Made by a program: the position numbers and the translations under genes. From NCBI GenBank assembly GCA_964605665.1, contig CAZSDP010000013.1, forward strand, positions 49,331 through 113,330: a DNA stretch of 64,000 nucleotides. Direction: 5' to 3'. The notes beneath the pieces are model-generated. The model was not told the origin of the DNA. It did no database searches and was given only the letters and a program-made list of their open reading frames with translations. This DNA comes from an uncultured Planctomycetia bacterium. GTDB taxonomy: Bacteria; Planctomycetota; UBA8108; UBA1146. Positions 1-11,115 of the stretch are shown piece after piece. Each line of letters starts with the position of its first letter. The first letter of the stretch is position 1.

Positions 1-103
1 TTCTTCCCTTCGCTTCTTTCCAATAGGCGCTGATCGCTGTCGTGCTCTTGATTGCACGAGCCGATCCTCTCTTGAAGACCTATAGGAGAGCTTGTCGTAA
101 CCT

Positions 104-2269
104 TCAGTCATCCTTGTTCTGTTCCGAATCTCCGCCAAGAGACTCGCGCACTCGACCTTGGATCAATTCTTCGAGTTCTCGCTCTGTCTTCAAAAGATCT
201 TCGAGCTTCCGAATCATTGTCTGAACATCACCCCACTCCTCGAGCTCTTCGACGAGCGCCTTGAGCTTTCGTTCAGTCGAGCGCAAGAGCGATACGGCAT
301 CATCGATCTGTTCAGGGGTGATCTTCTGATCGTCGACCTGATCGGAAAGTTGGTCGATCGCCTCTAGCGACTGCTGCCCCTCATTTTGGACCAAATCGTC
401 GAGGCGCTCTCGTAAGTCCTCGATCAGCGGTAGGTCTTGGTAGTCGCTGAGGCGATTCTGCAGCACCCTCTCGGTCAACTCCTGGAATCTCTCGACCCCT
501 TCTTCGATACGAGAATTCACTCTCTCTTGGCTCATTCTGGCATGTCGCAGATTCGGCTGTGCGGTCTCCGGCAATTCACCACCCGAATCCTGAGCTTGCT
601 CTCGCAGATCCTCTAGCTCACGACGTGTATCGCGCTCGAGCTCATACGTCTCCTGCAACCGTTCACTCATGATGGTCACAATGTCCTCGACGATGCGCTT
701 CATTTCCTTTTCATCCACGATCGTCAGGACCCACGATCGAGACTCACCCTGCTGACCGATCGCGTCGACGGCGGTCACGCGATACTCCAATCGAGTGCCT
801 GGCTGGACCGACCACTCCGATAGGTCGAGGCTGACCTCAGTATCCGTTTCGCGAGTCCCCTCCTCGACCGACGCCAGTGCGACTCGTCGGAACGGCTCCC
901 CGGTAGAACCGAGTTCTCCTTCGAGGTGGATCACGGTCTCTGCTGAGGTGATTCCGTAGTCATCTTCGAGGTGAATCTCCAATTTCAGTAACGCCCGCGG
1001 AGTGAGCTCGAGATTGCGACCAGGGCTAACCACTTGAACGAGAGGGGCCTGGTCATTGATGACTGCGATGCGATAGCGAATCGGGCTGGGATTCTCGAAA
1101 CCGTCTTCCGATACCAGTCGGAAGAAATAGAGTCCGTTTTCCTCAACGGTGAATTGTCCGCTCAGCTCGGAACCACCACCAGAAATCGTGACCGGCTCTT
1201 CCGTCTTCGATTCTCCATCCCCTGCGCGCCGAGTTTCGATCCGACTCGCCTCGCGAATCGGTATTGAAGTTCTCGCAGCGAAGGTCACCACGGTACCTGC
1301 GGCCACCTTCAGATGGCCTCCGTCTAGGGTCAATGGCGCTCCGGAATCATTGAGTCCCGTATATTCGGGATATTCGAACGAGAGCGTCATTTGTTCGATG
1401 CGAGGTCGACTTCTGACCCCAACTTGGTACCAGGAGCTCGTGAAGTCTCCGCAGTGGATTCGAAAGCGGAAATCCCTCGATACATTCGCGAAGACCCGAC
1501 GGAACTGATCGTCACCACGCCGCTCGAGGGTCAACTCTTCTCGGGTTTCCAAGTCTTCCGCTGTCTTGAAGTACGCTTCGATTCGCGCCCTCGCTCCACC
1601 CCCTCTTTCGCGGATCGCTGAAACCGTGAGGGAGTCTCCAACCGCCAGCAATGTGTCCTTGGAGCTCGGCTGTTCGATTCTAAGAAAGTACGTCCGAGGC
1701 CAATCGATCTCTTCCAGGAGTAGGTTTCGAGCGACATAGGTCTTGGTCAGTACCGGCTCGAAGACTGCACCAAGGCCGATCGGTCCCAAGACCAAGGCAG
1801 CGAGCCAAAATGCTCGCCAGACTCGAAGCCGGGAAAGGAGTGCTCCCGGTGCGAGGTGCGCCATCTTCTCCTCTGCTTCTGCAATCGTGCGATCGAGAAG
1901 CATGGGAGAGTAGAATTGCCGATGAGGATTATCTGGCCTGGTCAGCTGTATCGACGTAATCAGTGATTGTTCGAGATCTCCAGCCGCAGACTCAATCTCA
2001 TTCGCGAGTTCATCTTCAGAAATCGGAGTCCGAGCGACGAGCAAAAAGACCTTCACTCCGATCGCCAGTAGCACCGTTGCAAACAGCAGGTAGATGCCTC
2101 GAACCTCGGTGGGAAGTGACAGAAAGTAATCGAGAAGAAAAGAGAACCACCCAAGCCCGCCCAGAAGGAACAGCCAGCGGTAGAAACCGGTCCATGCACG
2201 GAGTCGCCGACGACGCAGACGCATCTGCTTGAGTCGTCGTAGTGCAGTTTCAGGACGTGAATGGGACAT
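104..2269 (-). CDS. Membrane-anchored protein with Ig-like modules and long C-terminal coiled coil (DUF4175-like), MoxR-operon member
   Basis: About 721 aa ORF; ATG at 2269 is 7 nt after the upstream stop. Three N-terminal hydrophobic helices, a 'ELANEIESAAGDLEQSLITSIQL' motif typical of these planctomycete proteins, beta-rich middle and heptad-rich C-terminus. The family name is tentative. Confidence 0.55.
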   Translation of the reverse strand: MSHSRPETALRRLKQMRLRRRRLRAWTGFYRWLFLLGGLGWFSFLLDYFLSLPTEVRGIYLLFATVLLAIGVKVFLLVARTPISEDELANEIESAAGDLEQSLITSIQLTRPDNPHRQFYSPMLLDRTIAEAEEKMAHLAPGALLSRLRVWRAFWLAALVLGPIGLGAVFEPVLTKTYVARNLLLEEIDWPRTYFLRIEQPSSKDTLLAVGDSLTVSAIRERGGGARARIEAYFKTAEDLETREELTLERRGDDQFRRVFANVSRDFRFRIHCGDFTSSWYQVGVRSRPRIEQMTLSFEYPEYTGLNDSGAPLTLDGGHLKVAAGTVVTFAARTSIPIREASRIETRRAGDGESKTEEPVTISGGGSELSGQFTVEENGLYFFRLVSEDGFENPSPIRYRIAVINDQAPLVQVVSPGRNLELTPRALLKLEIHLEDDYGITSAETVIHLEGELGSTGEPFRRVALASVEEGTRETDTEVSLDLSEWSVQPGTRLEYRVTAVDAIGQQGESRSWVLTIVDEKEMKRIVEDIVTIMSERLQETYELERDTRRELEDLREQAQDSGGELPETAQPNLRHARMSQERVNSRIEEGVERFQELTERVLQNRLSDYQDLPLIEDLRERLDDLVQNEGQQSLEAIDQLSDQVDDQKITPEQIDDAVSLLRSTERKLKALVEELEEWGDVQTMIRKLEDLLKTERELEELIQGRVRESLGGDSEQNKDD

Positions 2270-2275
2270 CAATCG

Positions 2276-3370
2276 CTACCTCTCAAAGATCGGTAGGTAT
2301 TGGTAGGGGATTTGGAGAATGATGCACGCCATGGCCGTGCCGTAATTGGAACCAACAAGATCGGTCCAGGCCCCATTACGCTCCTGCAAACTGAGAAGAT
2401 CGCGCCAGACTCCTGGGTGCCAACTTCCCCAGTACTCACCACCACGCTGGAATGCGGCCTGAGTGGCATAGTAAATCCCGTAGTAGTAGTCGAAATTGCG
2501 AGCGGCCTCGCCTCTTCGCGGTACGTTGCGTGCGAGGTAACGCAGTCCGTCCTCGATCATGTGCCCGTCGTACACCCCAGCGCCGTAAAGAGCTGTAACT
2601 CCTGCAGCAGTGAGCGCAAAAGAAATCCTCGATTGCTGCCGACGACCACTCGGTCCCGTCTCATGCTGATACGCAAAGGCATCGTAACGGGGAGCCCAAG
2701 AGGATCGAACATAAGAGATCGCGTTGTCGATGGTGCCCTTGGGAACATGAATCCCCGCATTGTGCGCGGCCCGTAACGCCATCACTTGGCACACTGTAAT
2801 CGACATGTCTGCATCGTCTGCGCCCGGCTGGTAACGCCACCCGCCTTGTTCATTCTGAGCTTGGATGATCAGACTGACCGATCGCTTCAAGGCGGGACGA
2901 ACGGTGCTCATCCCGGTCATCCCGTAGACTTCCGCCAAGAAGAGGGTCGCGAAAGCGTGACTGTACATTCGAGATTCATTGTCGGTGATGAAGCCGTTCC
3001 CTTGCACCTGTTCCAGCACATACTGAAGGCCTCGCTCGACTTGGTCACCGTACTTGCCCACTCCAGGCAGACTACCACCGGCGAGGAAGGCGATACATGC
3101 GAGAGCAGTAACCCCAACATGCTTGCCCTTCTTCCCTCGGTACTCGAAGTGCACCTTTCGACCGATCTTGTCGGTCCATGATCCATCAGCGTTCTGGCGT
3201 GACTTCAAGAATTCAAGCCCTCGGTGGATTGCCAGTCGCGCCTGACCAACCAGCTTGGCATTCATCGGACGAACCGGCTCAGCTGATCCATCCTTGAAGA
3301 CTGCAGGGGCATTGCCCAGCAGCAGAGGGATGCTGAGTATCGACAAGAGTAATACTCGAGTGGTTTTCAT
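2276..3370 (-). CDS. Prenyltransferase/squalene-oxidase repeat protein (terpene cyclase-like alpha/alpha barrel), secreted
   Basis: QW-like repeats LKSRQNADGSW, IIQAQNEQGGWRY, LSLQERNGAW. Signal peptide MKTTRVLLLSILSIPLLLG. ATG 3370 overlaps the upstream TGA (ATGA) and has an AGGAGGTG RBS. Confidence 0.8.
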   Translation of the reverse strand: MKTTRVLLLSILSIPLLLGNAPAVFKDGSAEPVRPMNAKLVGQARLAIHRGLEFLKSRQNADGSWTDKIGRKVHFEYRGKKGKHVGVTALACIAFLAGGSLPGVGKYGDQVERGLQYVLEQVQGNGFITDNESRMYSHAFATLFLAEVYGMTGMSTVRPALKRSVSLIIQAQNEQGGWRYQPGADDADMSITVCQVMALRAAHNAGIHVPKGTIDNAISYVRSSWAPRYDAFAYQHETGPSGRRQQSRISFALTAAGVTALYGAGVYDGHMIEDGLRYLARNVPRRGEAARNFDYYYGIYYATQAAFQRGGEYWGSWHPGVWRDLLSLQERNGAWTDLVGSNYGTAMACIILQIPYQYLPIFER

Positions 3371-5586
3371 CGATTTCTTTTCACCTCCTGCTGAGGAGTA
3401 TCCTTGATAAAGCAACTGCTGATCTGGGCAGAGGTCACAATGATCCGGTCGGGTAGAACCGTGACGATTCCATCCTGAATCGGATCGTCACTGATCTCAC
3501 GCTCTAGTCCCCTGAGGGAACACAGTTTGAGGGGCCTCCCGGGAGTCGCCGAAGAACGAAGAAGTGCTTGGTAGTAGAGTCCGTCATCGGTCGAGTAGAC
3601 CAATCCGCTGTCAACGAGAGCAGGCCGAGCTCGAATTCCCTGCTGTGCTCGAAATCTCTCCGAAACTCCACGTTCGACGTCTCGGAGAGGAATCAGAGAG
3701 ATGTCGCTCTTCGCAAGAACGAGGAAATCATTCCACACCCCAACGAGATAACCATCGAGGCCCATTCGACTCTGAAGCACTCGGCCATCATTTGGATCGA
3801 GGACAAAGAGCTCTGGAGAGTCGAGAGGAGTCACCACCAAACGGTCGGCCGCCAGCAGCATCTTGTTTCGCTCCCAAATGGGGCGTCTCGGATTACGTCT
3901 GCGGCCGCGATAGGCTCTCTTTCGGGGAGCCTCATACTCAGTTGCCCAAAGCACATGGCCATCCGATCCTCGAACTCGGGCCACGACTCCGAGGTTTGTT
4001 GAGCAGTACACCGATTCGTTATCAACGATCACATCACCGAGAATTGGCTCATGGGCTGCCTCACCGAACATCGTGAGTTCTACTTGGTTCCCCACGATCG
4101 GAGCACTCCACAAACGCTTCCCGTTTCGCACGTCGAGGCAAACGAGAAAGACATCGATATAACCCTTCTTGCGCCAACCGAGGGCATAAAGTCGCCCCGA
4201 ACTGAGCACGAGAGAAGAGTTGAAACTGAGCTCTGCCAAGAAAGGATCTTGAGTCTGACGGCGGACTGTATCCCAGATGACCCGGTCGCTTCCGACTCGA
4301 ATCCCCTTTAGACCACGCTTTGGGACTTCGACGGTGATGTCGAAGCCCATGAACTGTTCATGGTCAGTTCGATCCGCCACGTAGCTGGTGACGAGGTAGT
4401 CCCCTTCTGTCACCGCATAAAACTCGATCAACCGTTCCTCTTCGTCGAACCCTGGTTCCGGGGAGAGTGAAATCTCCCCCACTTGCTTTCCAGAGTCCAC
4501 ATTGAAGCGCAGGACCTTTCGGCTGGTCGGGACAGACATCCAACCGTCCCCAAACACCGGAACGGGACTGTAGTGCACCGGTCCCCCTCGGGTGTAGTGA
4601 GGCATGATCTGGTTCTCACGCCAATAAGGGAAGGTCCGCCAAGACAAGCGTCCTCGAGTGAATGGAAGCGGTGGCAGCCCACCCGTCGAGATGGGCGGAA
4701 CAGGCACTCCTGCCGCGGGGAGTTCACGATCAAAGGTTGCGAGGTCTCGCGCTGCGTCACGCCGCACTTCGGCATCGCCAACTTGTCCGGCAAGCATCGC
4801 ACGACGAACAGTCAGCTCTTCGACACTTGATTGGATTCCAAACGTCTCCGTCTCATTCGAACGCAGGATTCGCTCTAGCCAATCCCAACTCTCTGAAGCT
4901 CGTCCGAATTGCCCATCCTCAAACCAAATGTCACCTGCCGCGAGAATTGCTCGCGGCGCACTCTTGATCAGCGGATAGAGCTGCGCCGTTCGCATCAGGC
5001 TTGCGGCATTTCGCTCCGCGAGACCACGTTCCAAAAGGGTCTCCGCCGAGAGTGAATACTCTTCTCGATAGAAGCGAACCGCAGGCGCAGGGAGGGAGGT
5101 GATGGTATCGATGATCAGCTCGGTCAGTGACACCGCAACCACATAGTCTTCATGCGCGCGCTCGAGGCTACCCGCATCGTACATCATGTGGTTGAGGCCC
5201 CAGATCTCCTCATGAAGCGTCTGCAAGTCTCGGACGGCCGATTCGAGTTCCAGCTGATCAAACTTCTCGGTCTCTCGACCATCTTTCTTTGCCTGCTCCT
5301 CAGCAACATCTTTGGTCTGATCGGGATCTTCTGAGGAAGCAGACTCTAGTACCGTTCCAATGCGACGAACAACATCACGATACCGCTGCGCCGATTCATC
5401 TCCGCGAATCACCAAGGGGATGAGAGCTTCACCAATATCGGCATGAACTGGGCTGGAGAATTGCAGCCCGGACAGAACGAGGCCGACAACAACGATCCCC
5501 ACCACCAACCACCTAGGTCCTCTTAGTGAGGTGCGTTGTTGGAGTCCAATGCGTCGAGCTTGGTGCTGGAAGGGATGATCATTCAC
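3367..5586 (-). CDS. PQQ-binding-like (BamB-type) beta-propeller protein with N-terminal TM/signal and TPR-like helical region
   Basis: Propeller blades LVCLDVRNGKRLWSAP, VARVRGSDGHVLWAT, FVLDPNDGRVL. GTG start at 5586 overlaps the upstream TGA (GTGA). Confidence 0.7.
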   Translation of the reverse strand: MNDHPFQHQARRIGLQQRTSLRGPRWLVVGIVVVGLVLSGLQFSSPVHADIGEALIPLVIRGDESAQRYRDVVRRIGTVLESASSEDPDQTKDVAEEQAKKDGRETEKFDQLELESAVRDLQTLHEEIWGLNHMMYDAGSLERAHEDYVVAVSLTELIIDTITSLPAPAVRFYREEYSLSAETLLERGLAERNAASLMRTAQLYPLIKSAPRAILAAGDIWFEDGQFGRASESWDWLERILRSNETETFGIQSSVEELTVRRAMLAGQVGDAEVRRDAARDLATFDRELPAAGVPVPPISTGGLPPLPFTRGRLSWRTFPYWRENQIMPHYTRGGPVHYSPVPVFGDGWMSVPTSRKVLRFNVDSGKQVGEISLSPEPGFDEEERLIEFYAVTEGDYLVTSYVADRTDHEQFMGFDITVEVPKRGLKGIRVGSDRVIWDTVRRQTQDPFLAELSFNSSLVLSSGRLYALGWRKKGYIDVFLVCLDVRNGKRLWSAPIVGNQVELTMFGEAAHEPILGDVIVDNESVYCSTNLGVVARVRGSDGHVLWATEYEAPRKRAYRGRRRNPRRPIWERNKMLLAADRLVVTPLDSPELFVLDPNDGRVLQSRMGLDGYLVGVWNDFLVLAKSDISLIPLRDVERGVSERFRAQQGIRARPALVDSGLVYSTDDGLYYQALLRSSATPGRPLKLCSLRGLEREISDDPIQDGIVTVLPDRIIVTSAQISSCFIKDTPQQEVKRNR

Positions 5587-8012
5587 AGGAGTCGGAATAC
5601 CTTTCGGATGACCCACTCCAGCGTCAGGAGTGAGACAAACAAGATGATTAACCATTCTGTGTCCCAGAGCGGTTGACGTTCTTCGGAAACTGGAACTTCT
5701 TTTTCAAATGGTTTCACCTCATTGACCACATTGCGGGCCTCGCTGATCCCATGGTACGACCCACCAGACAAGCGCGCAATTTCCGTCAGCCGCGCCCGGT
5801 CCATTCTCGGGTCAGCGTATTCAAGTTGAGGAACAATGACGCGATAGCTAGATCGGGCTGTATCCTCCTCAGAACTGCCTGGGAGCTTAACGGTATGCTT
5901 TCCTAGCTCTTTCGCCTCGAGTGAGACTTCGTAGTACTCAGGTCGCGCAGGATTCTGAATCGCAGTCACCTCTGAGACCTCACCAGAGTCATCTCGAGTC
6001 AGTTCCAGAATTCTCTCTTCTTGTCGAGTGGGCTTGAAGTCGGGCCCCAACGCTCGGGCGAGAACCGTAATGGCTGAGCCCAAGGTGTATTCCCGTTGGT
6101 CTGTCGAGACAGAAAAGCGCTTCGAATCTCCCAGCAACCTGCCGGCGGAGGTAAATCGAATCACCTGCCCCCAAAAGCGATAGAAGTACTTGTTGCCCAC
6201 CAACTTCCTCAAGCGCCATGTGTCATCTGTGAGAGACATGAATGTGCGCCCGCGACCGTAGTACTGGAAAGCGAAAACTGGCCGAGGTTCGTTGGTAAGG
6301 CTTGTACTCTCGGGGTGGACTGCAAGAGCCACCGCCCCACGCTTGATTCGCTTAACCTTTTGGTACCAATAGAAGCCAGGCATCGAATCATCGAGTCGGC
6401 CAGTGAATTCCCACAACTTTCTATTCTGTTCGGGATCTCCTACCAACTGCATCACTGGGTGCTCTAAGCCCTCAGGGGTCAATCGAACATTGAATGGCTG
6501 TGTGATGTTTCCACCGTCGTAGGTGCTCGCTTCAGCATCCTCGAGCTCTACTGGGAACAACTTCTCCAAAGGAGTGCCGCGGAACCGATTGGGCAGGAAC
6601 CAGCGTCCGGACATGAACACCACGCCACCGCCATGGTCATCAACGAACTCGACGAGCCATTGCATCTGTTGCTCGGTCAGATAGTTCTCAGGCACGTCCC
6701 CGAGAATCACGACGTGATACTCAAACAGGTCCTCACGCGTGCGCGGGAATCGCCGGATCGACATTGTGCCCGTTGATGACTCATTGACGTATTCAGGATC
6801 CGCTGACTGAAGAAGGATCTTCGCCTTCATAGTGGGATCCCGAATCAATGCATGCATCAAGTAGCGGTAGTCGTAGCGCGGCGGTCCTTCCACATAGAGA
6901 ACCTCGATTTTCTCATCGAGAACACGAATCGGTTTCTCTTCGAAGTTGTTTTCGGAGAAGAGCTCTCCGTCTTGCTCCTCGATCTCAACTCGCGCAGTAA
7001 ATTGACCGGGCATTCGCGGATAGAATTCGATGCGTACGGGTGTAATCTCCCCCTTTTCCCCGAGGGTCACGTAGCGAACGATCGGGGGCTGAACAGGACG
7101 ACCTGCCAGTGGGCCTTCAGTCGCCAGTAGAGTTAACTCCGCTCGGACACTCTCTCCAGCAAAGCCTTCGCTCGACACCTGAAAATCTACCGGTACGAGA
7201 TCACCTTCGAGAACGACTTCGGCAATCTCGAGGTTGAACACGCGGATGTCGCGAGGTTCGTCGGGATTGCCCACTCCAATCGTGAAAATCGGAATCTCGC
7301 GGCTGGCGAGTCGTTGCGCGGCTTCTTCGGGACGCACCACGCCCCCGTTATCGCGACCGTCACTAAACAAGACCACCGCTGCGACCGACTCGCCACGAAG
7401 CTCATTTACCGACTCGTAGATCGAGTCGCCAAGTCGAGTGACTCGACCCCGTAGCTCCAGACCATCGAAATCGATCTGTCCGGGCGTCTCAGGATTGTCC
7501 TCACCGTAGCGGGGCAGATCAGCAACGAGTTCAATCCCGTTTGAACAGGAGACAACCCTGACATTCGCCTTCTGGCGCAGTTCCTCGATGATGCCGGCTT
7601 CTTGACCAAGAACTGCCTTCACCAAATCGAGTCGATCATCGGCTGGCGTGTAGGGAGCACCGAGTATTGACGACAACTGCGATTCGAGAGCCGGATCGGC
7701 ATACCGATCAGAGATTCCCATCGAGTAGCTATCGTCGATCAAGAGCAGAATCCAAGAATTCTCTCTTTGAACGCGCTCTTCAGTGAGCGTCGGACGACAG
7801 AGAATTGCCACGACCACCGCGATGACCAGAAATCTCAGAGTCCCGAGTATCCACCGGCCAGGACTTGTGAGAGTCCCACGTTCACCGCGGTAGAACCACC
7901 ACACCCCGATCAGCATCGCGGGCAGGATGAGGAGAGCGATCACCCACAGTTCGGGCGCTCCCAGAAGTTCGATCCGCTTCTCAAATCGAGTCTCGGCAAA
8001 TGCGAGGATCAT
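5583..8012 (-). CDS. vWA domain membrane protein with Ig-like and class I glutamine-amidotransferase-like (DUF1355-like) domains
   Basis: MIDAS-like LLIDDSYSM and LFSDG motifs; KIEVLYVEGPPRYDYRYL and YHVVILGDV segments; N- and C-terminal TM helices; ATGA coupling. Confidence 0.75.
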   Translation of the reverse strand: MILAFAETRFEKRIELLGAPELWVIALLILPAMLIGVWWFYRGERGTLTSPGRWILGTLRFLVIAVVVAILCRPTLTEERVQRENSWILLLIDDSYSMGISDRYADPALESQLSSILGAPYTPADDRLDLVKAVLGQEAGIIEELRQKANVRVVSCSNGIELVADLPRYGEDNPETPGQIDFDGLELRGRVTRLGDSIYESVNELRGESVAAVVLFSDGRDNGGVVRPEEAAQRLASREIPIFTIGVGNPDEPRDIRVFNLEIAEVVLEGDLVPVDFQVSSEGFAGESVRAELTLLATEGPLAGRPVQPPIVRYVTLGEKGEITPVRIEFYPRMPGQFTARVEIEEQDGELFSENNFEEKPIRVLDEKIEVLYVEGPPRYDYRYLMHALIRDPTMKAKILLQSADPEYVNESSTGTMSIRRFPRTREDLFEYHVVILGDVPENYLTEQQMQWLVEFVDDHGGGVVFMSGRWFLPNRFRGTPLEKLFPVELEDAEASTYDGGNITQPFNVRLTPEGLEHPVMQLVGDPEQNRKLWEFTGRLDDSMPGFYWYQKVKRIKRGAVALAVHPESTSLTNEPRPVFAFQYYGRGRTFMSLTDDTWRLRKLVGNKYFYRFWGQVIRFTSAGRLLGDSKRFSVSTDQREYTLGSAITVLARALGPDFKPTRQEERILELTRDDSGEVSEVTAIQNPARPEYYEVSLEAKELGKHTVKLPGSSEEDTARSSYRVIVPQLEYADPRMDRARLTEIARLSGGSYHGISEARNVVNEVKPFEKEVPVSEERQPLWDTEWLIILFVSLLTLEWVIRKVFRLL

Positions 8013-10210
8013 GCATGCCTCCTCGCCCGTCGCCCGCTAAAGAAGCGAGCGAGCGCACTCTCTGCGATTAGCAATCCAAGCACGACCCAGAAAATTGGCA
8101 TCCAGAGATCGCCGGTTCCATAGTCGTCAATCGTCTCAATCTCGTCTTGCTTCTCGACCAGCAACAAATCGGGGTAAAGCTCTATGAGATCTTCGGGTAG
8201 CAAAGCGGTGAGATCGCCTTCTCTTGGATCGGCGTTGACCGCGAACCACTCCGACCGGCTTTCGTTCTCGCCTCGCCCACCAAACCGAATCTCGTAGGTG
8301 CCGGGAACTGACTGTCCATCGATGGAGAGGTCGAAGCTTCGCCGGTCTTCACGCTCTTCGAGAACCACCGGAACACCGTCACCGCTCGGTCTCACCAACA
8401 GCACCCTCGGCGCGTAGTCATCTGCAGAGATGACTTGTTTGAACGGTTCTCCGATTGCCAGATTACGAGAGGTCTCATCCTGTGTCGCGAGATACGGCAG
8501 AGTTTCGTAGAGAAACACCAAGTACGCGGGGGGAATCGGGAAATTGCTCCATCGTCGGCCGGCGCCGATGGTCAACGCGAGGGTTGTTCCCTTTCCGAAT
8601 CGCTTCTCCAGCAACGCGGGAGTCTCTTGAGGATCATCGAGGGTCAGAAGCACGCTCGACCCTTCAGAGGAACCTGGGCTCACGTAACCATGAATCGCCA
8701 CGTCAGCGATTCCAGCTTCAGGAGTCTCTGCGAGGTAAGAGAGACTTGGATGCTCCACGTCTGCAATCTGGAAGTGGTAGTAGGTCCTTCTTTCTCGATC
8801 TACAATCACTCGGTCTGGTTCATATGGGAACCAACCATCTCCACCCCGCCAAGAGCGTGTTCGGTAGTTTGCGGTTCTGAACCGATCTCCAGGAAAGAAG
8901 AGGACCCCGCCCCCTTCCGAGATGAACTCCTCGAGACGCTCGACTTCAGGCTCAGAGAATTCAGGAACATCAACCAAGATCAAGACGTCAAATCCGTCGA
9001 GTACTTCACCTGAAAACTGATCTGGAGTGATGGTGCTGAGAAGATAAGGACTCAACCGGACTCCAGTCTCGTCGACTCGATCTCCAGCCAGAGCTGCTTT
9101 CAGCCAATCCGCTTCGGAACTGTTGTCCTGCGCATCGTAACTTCCGTCAACGACCAGGATCTCGACCGACTCCCGAACATCGAAGACTGCGAGTCTCTCA
9201 TTGTCGACTTCAAGGTCATCGCTTCGAACCAGCGCTTTGACCCTCGTCTGTCCCACAGATCTGAAAACATGGGGAAATGAAACTGAAACACTGGCGCCCG
9301 GTTCCACTGAGATTCTTCGAGACCCCTGAACCTCACCGTCGATCCAAAGTTCTGCTTCCAACCCGGCAACTGCTTCTCGGCCATAGTTCTCGACCGTCAT
9401 TTGGAATGTCGTGGGAAGATCGACCGCCAGAAGCGGTGTGCCACATGTCACAGAAGAGACCGATACGTTGCGAGCACGAGGAGCAGAAGCTGGATGCACA
9501 AAGACTCGAGCACCCGCCTCTGTCAGCCGGCCGAGTGCCTCTCGAATCGCGGGATCGGTGGAGCCATCTCCACCAACCCAGTCGCGCTTTTGCAAATCGG
9601 AGTAGAGGTGAATCAACCAGGGAGTGTCACGTGACGAGCCCGTTGTAACCCAATCCGCCGCAACCGACAAAAGAGGCGCGACGTCCATCGACTCATAGGC
9701 GATCGACGCTTCTTCTAACTGCTCGAGAACTAGTAATGACCCGGTGTCGGTCACCACTTCCGGGGTCGGAGTGATGGTATCGGGAAATCCTCCACCGTAG
9801 ATCAACCCAACGCGATCCCCCTTCGATAGCGACTTCAACCGATCACGAGCAGAATCTGCTGCGACTCTCAGGGAGGATCGTCCGGTGCTCTGCAATGCCA
9901 TCGAGTAGCTGCGGTCGAGCAGAAACAGCTCCGAGCGACCCGCATCCCCGGTCAAGACCGGTAGAGAACCCGAGTCGAGGCTGGGCCTTGCCATCGCGAG
10001 TACGAACAACAGCACCGCCGCGGTTCGAATCAACAGCAACAGTAAATTCTCGAGACGCAGACGTCTTCGGTGCTTTTTCATGGCGCGGAGAAGGAACTCC
10101 ATCGCCGCCCATGGCACCCGCTGGTATCGCTGACGATTGATCAAATAGATGATGATCGGAATCGCTCCGAGCGATAGAAATCCTAGCATCCCTGGATTGA
10201 TCCAAGTCAT
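8009..10210 (-). CDS. BatA (aerotolerance regulator N-terminal) + vWA domain protein
   Basis: N-terminal NPGMLGFLSLGAIPIIIYLINRQRYQRVPWAAMEFLL is the BatA signature; LLDRSYSM MIDAS; C-terminal TM helix. Confidence 0.8.
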   Translation of the reverse strand: MTWINPGMLGFLSLGAIPIIIYLINRQRYQRVPWAAMEFLLRAMKKHRRRLRLENLLLLLIRTAAVLLFVLAMARPSLDSGSLPVLTGDAGRSELFLLDRSYSMALQSTGRSSLRVAADSARDRLKSLSKGDRVGLIYGGGFPDTITPTPEVVTDTGSLLVLEQLEEASIAYESMDVAPLLSVAADWVTTGSSRDTPWLIHLYSDLQKRDWVGGDGSTDPAIREALGRLTEAGARVFVHPASAPRARNVSVSSVTCGTPLLAVDLPTTFQMTVENYGREAVAGLEAELWIDGEVQGSRRISVEPGASVSVSFPHVFRSVGQTRVKALVRSDDLEVDNERLAVFDVRESVEILVVDGSYDAQDNSSEADWLKAALAGDRVDETGVRLSPYLLSTITPDQFSGEVLDGFDVLILVDVPEFSEPEVERLEEFISEGGGVLFFPGDRFRTANYRTRSWRGGDGWFPYEPDRVIVDRERRTYYHFQIADVEHPSLSYLAETPEAGIADVAIHGYVSPGSSEGSSVLLTLDDPQETPALLEKRFGKGTTLALTIGAGRRWSNFPIPPAYLVFLYETLPYLATQDETSRNLAIGEPFKQVISADDYAPRVLLVRPSGDGVPVVLEEREDRRSFDLSIDGQSVPGTYEIRFGGRGENESRSEWFAVNADPREGDLTALLPEDLIELYPDLLLVEKQDEIETIDDYGTGDLWMPIFWVVLGLLIAESALARFFSGRRARRHA

Positions 10211-11115
10211 CGAATCGTCCCCGCTCTTCGCTGTAGAAAACGGGTCATGACCACATCGAATCGTTTCGAAGTGTCGACCAGCTCATAATCGATCATCGCT
10301 CCCCGACATGTCCGCTTCACCTCGTCAACAAATGAGTTGACCTCAGACAAGTAGGCTTCACGAAGAGAATTCGGATCTGCCAGTAACTCTGGGAACTCTT
10401 CAAGCCCTTCGAACATGGTCATCCGCTGAAATGGGAAATGAAGTTCATCTGGATCCATCAGATGGAACAGAATGACCTCATGCCCCTGGTGACGAAGCCG
10501 GCGGAGGCCGAGACCGATCTTTCCGACGTCGTCGAACAAATCGGTGATCAAAATCAGCAGTGACTTGCGCTTGATCCGCTCCGAAATCCGAGAGAGCACT
10601 TCACCCAGGTCGGTCGCATCTTTTCCTGGTTCTGCAGCAACAACCCGAACCAGGTCTTGCAAGTGACCGCGACTCGAACTGATCGGAACAGAGGTCCGGA
10701 CATCATTGTCGAAGACCATCGCTCCGACAGCGTCCTGCTGCCAAAGAACCAGATACGAAAGGGCCGCAGCGAGAGTCCGACCGTACTCGAGCTTGGTCAT
10801 CGAGCTGCCGGACTTAAAGTTCATCGACTCACTGGCATCGAGTAGCACATGGGTGCGGAGATTGGTCTCTTCTTCGTATTGTTTGATGTAGTAGCGATCG
10901 GAACGTCCGTAGACCTTCCAATCGATGTGCCGAATGTCATCGCCGGGCACATATTCCCTATGCTCGGCAAACTCAACCGAAGCACCGCGGTAGGGACTCT
11001 TGTGAAGTCCCGAAATGAACCCCTCGACGATCAATCTTGCTCGGATCTCAAGACGACTGATCTTCGAGAGTTCGACGGGATCGAGATAGTTTCGGTCGCG
11101 CTCCTCAGCGGCCAT
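10207..11115 (-). CDS. DUF58 domain protein (MoxR partner, vWA-like)
   Basis: [49 protein letters not shown] and LLDASESM motifs; directly downstream of MoxR. Confidence 0.9.
   Translation of the reverse strand: MAAEERDRNYLDPVELSKISRLEIRARLIVEGFISGLHKSPYRGASVEFAEHREYVPGDDIRHIDWKVYGRSDRYYIKQYEEETNLRTHVLLDASESMNFKSGSSMTKLEYGRTLAAALSYLVLWQQDAVGAMVFDNDVRTSVPISSSRGHLQDLVRVVAAEPGKDATDLGEVLSRISERIKRKSLLILITDLFDDVGKIGLGLRRLRHQGHEVILFHLMDPDELHFPFQRMTMFEGLEEFPELLADPNSLREAYLSEVNSFVDEVKRTCRGAMIDYELVDTSKRFDVVMTRFLQRRAGTIR

Noticed and set aside
1-57. Possible start (GTG at 57, minus strand) of a further operon gene running off the left edge
   Set aside because: Only 19 codons are visible, too little to support a call.
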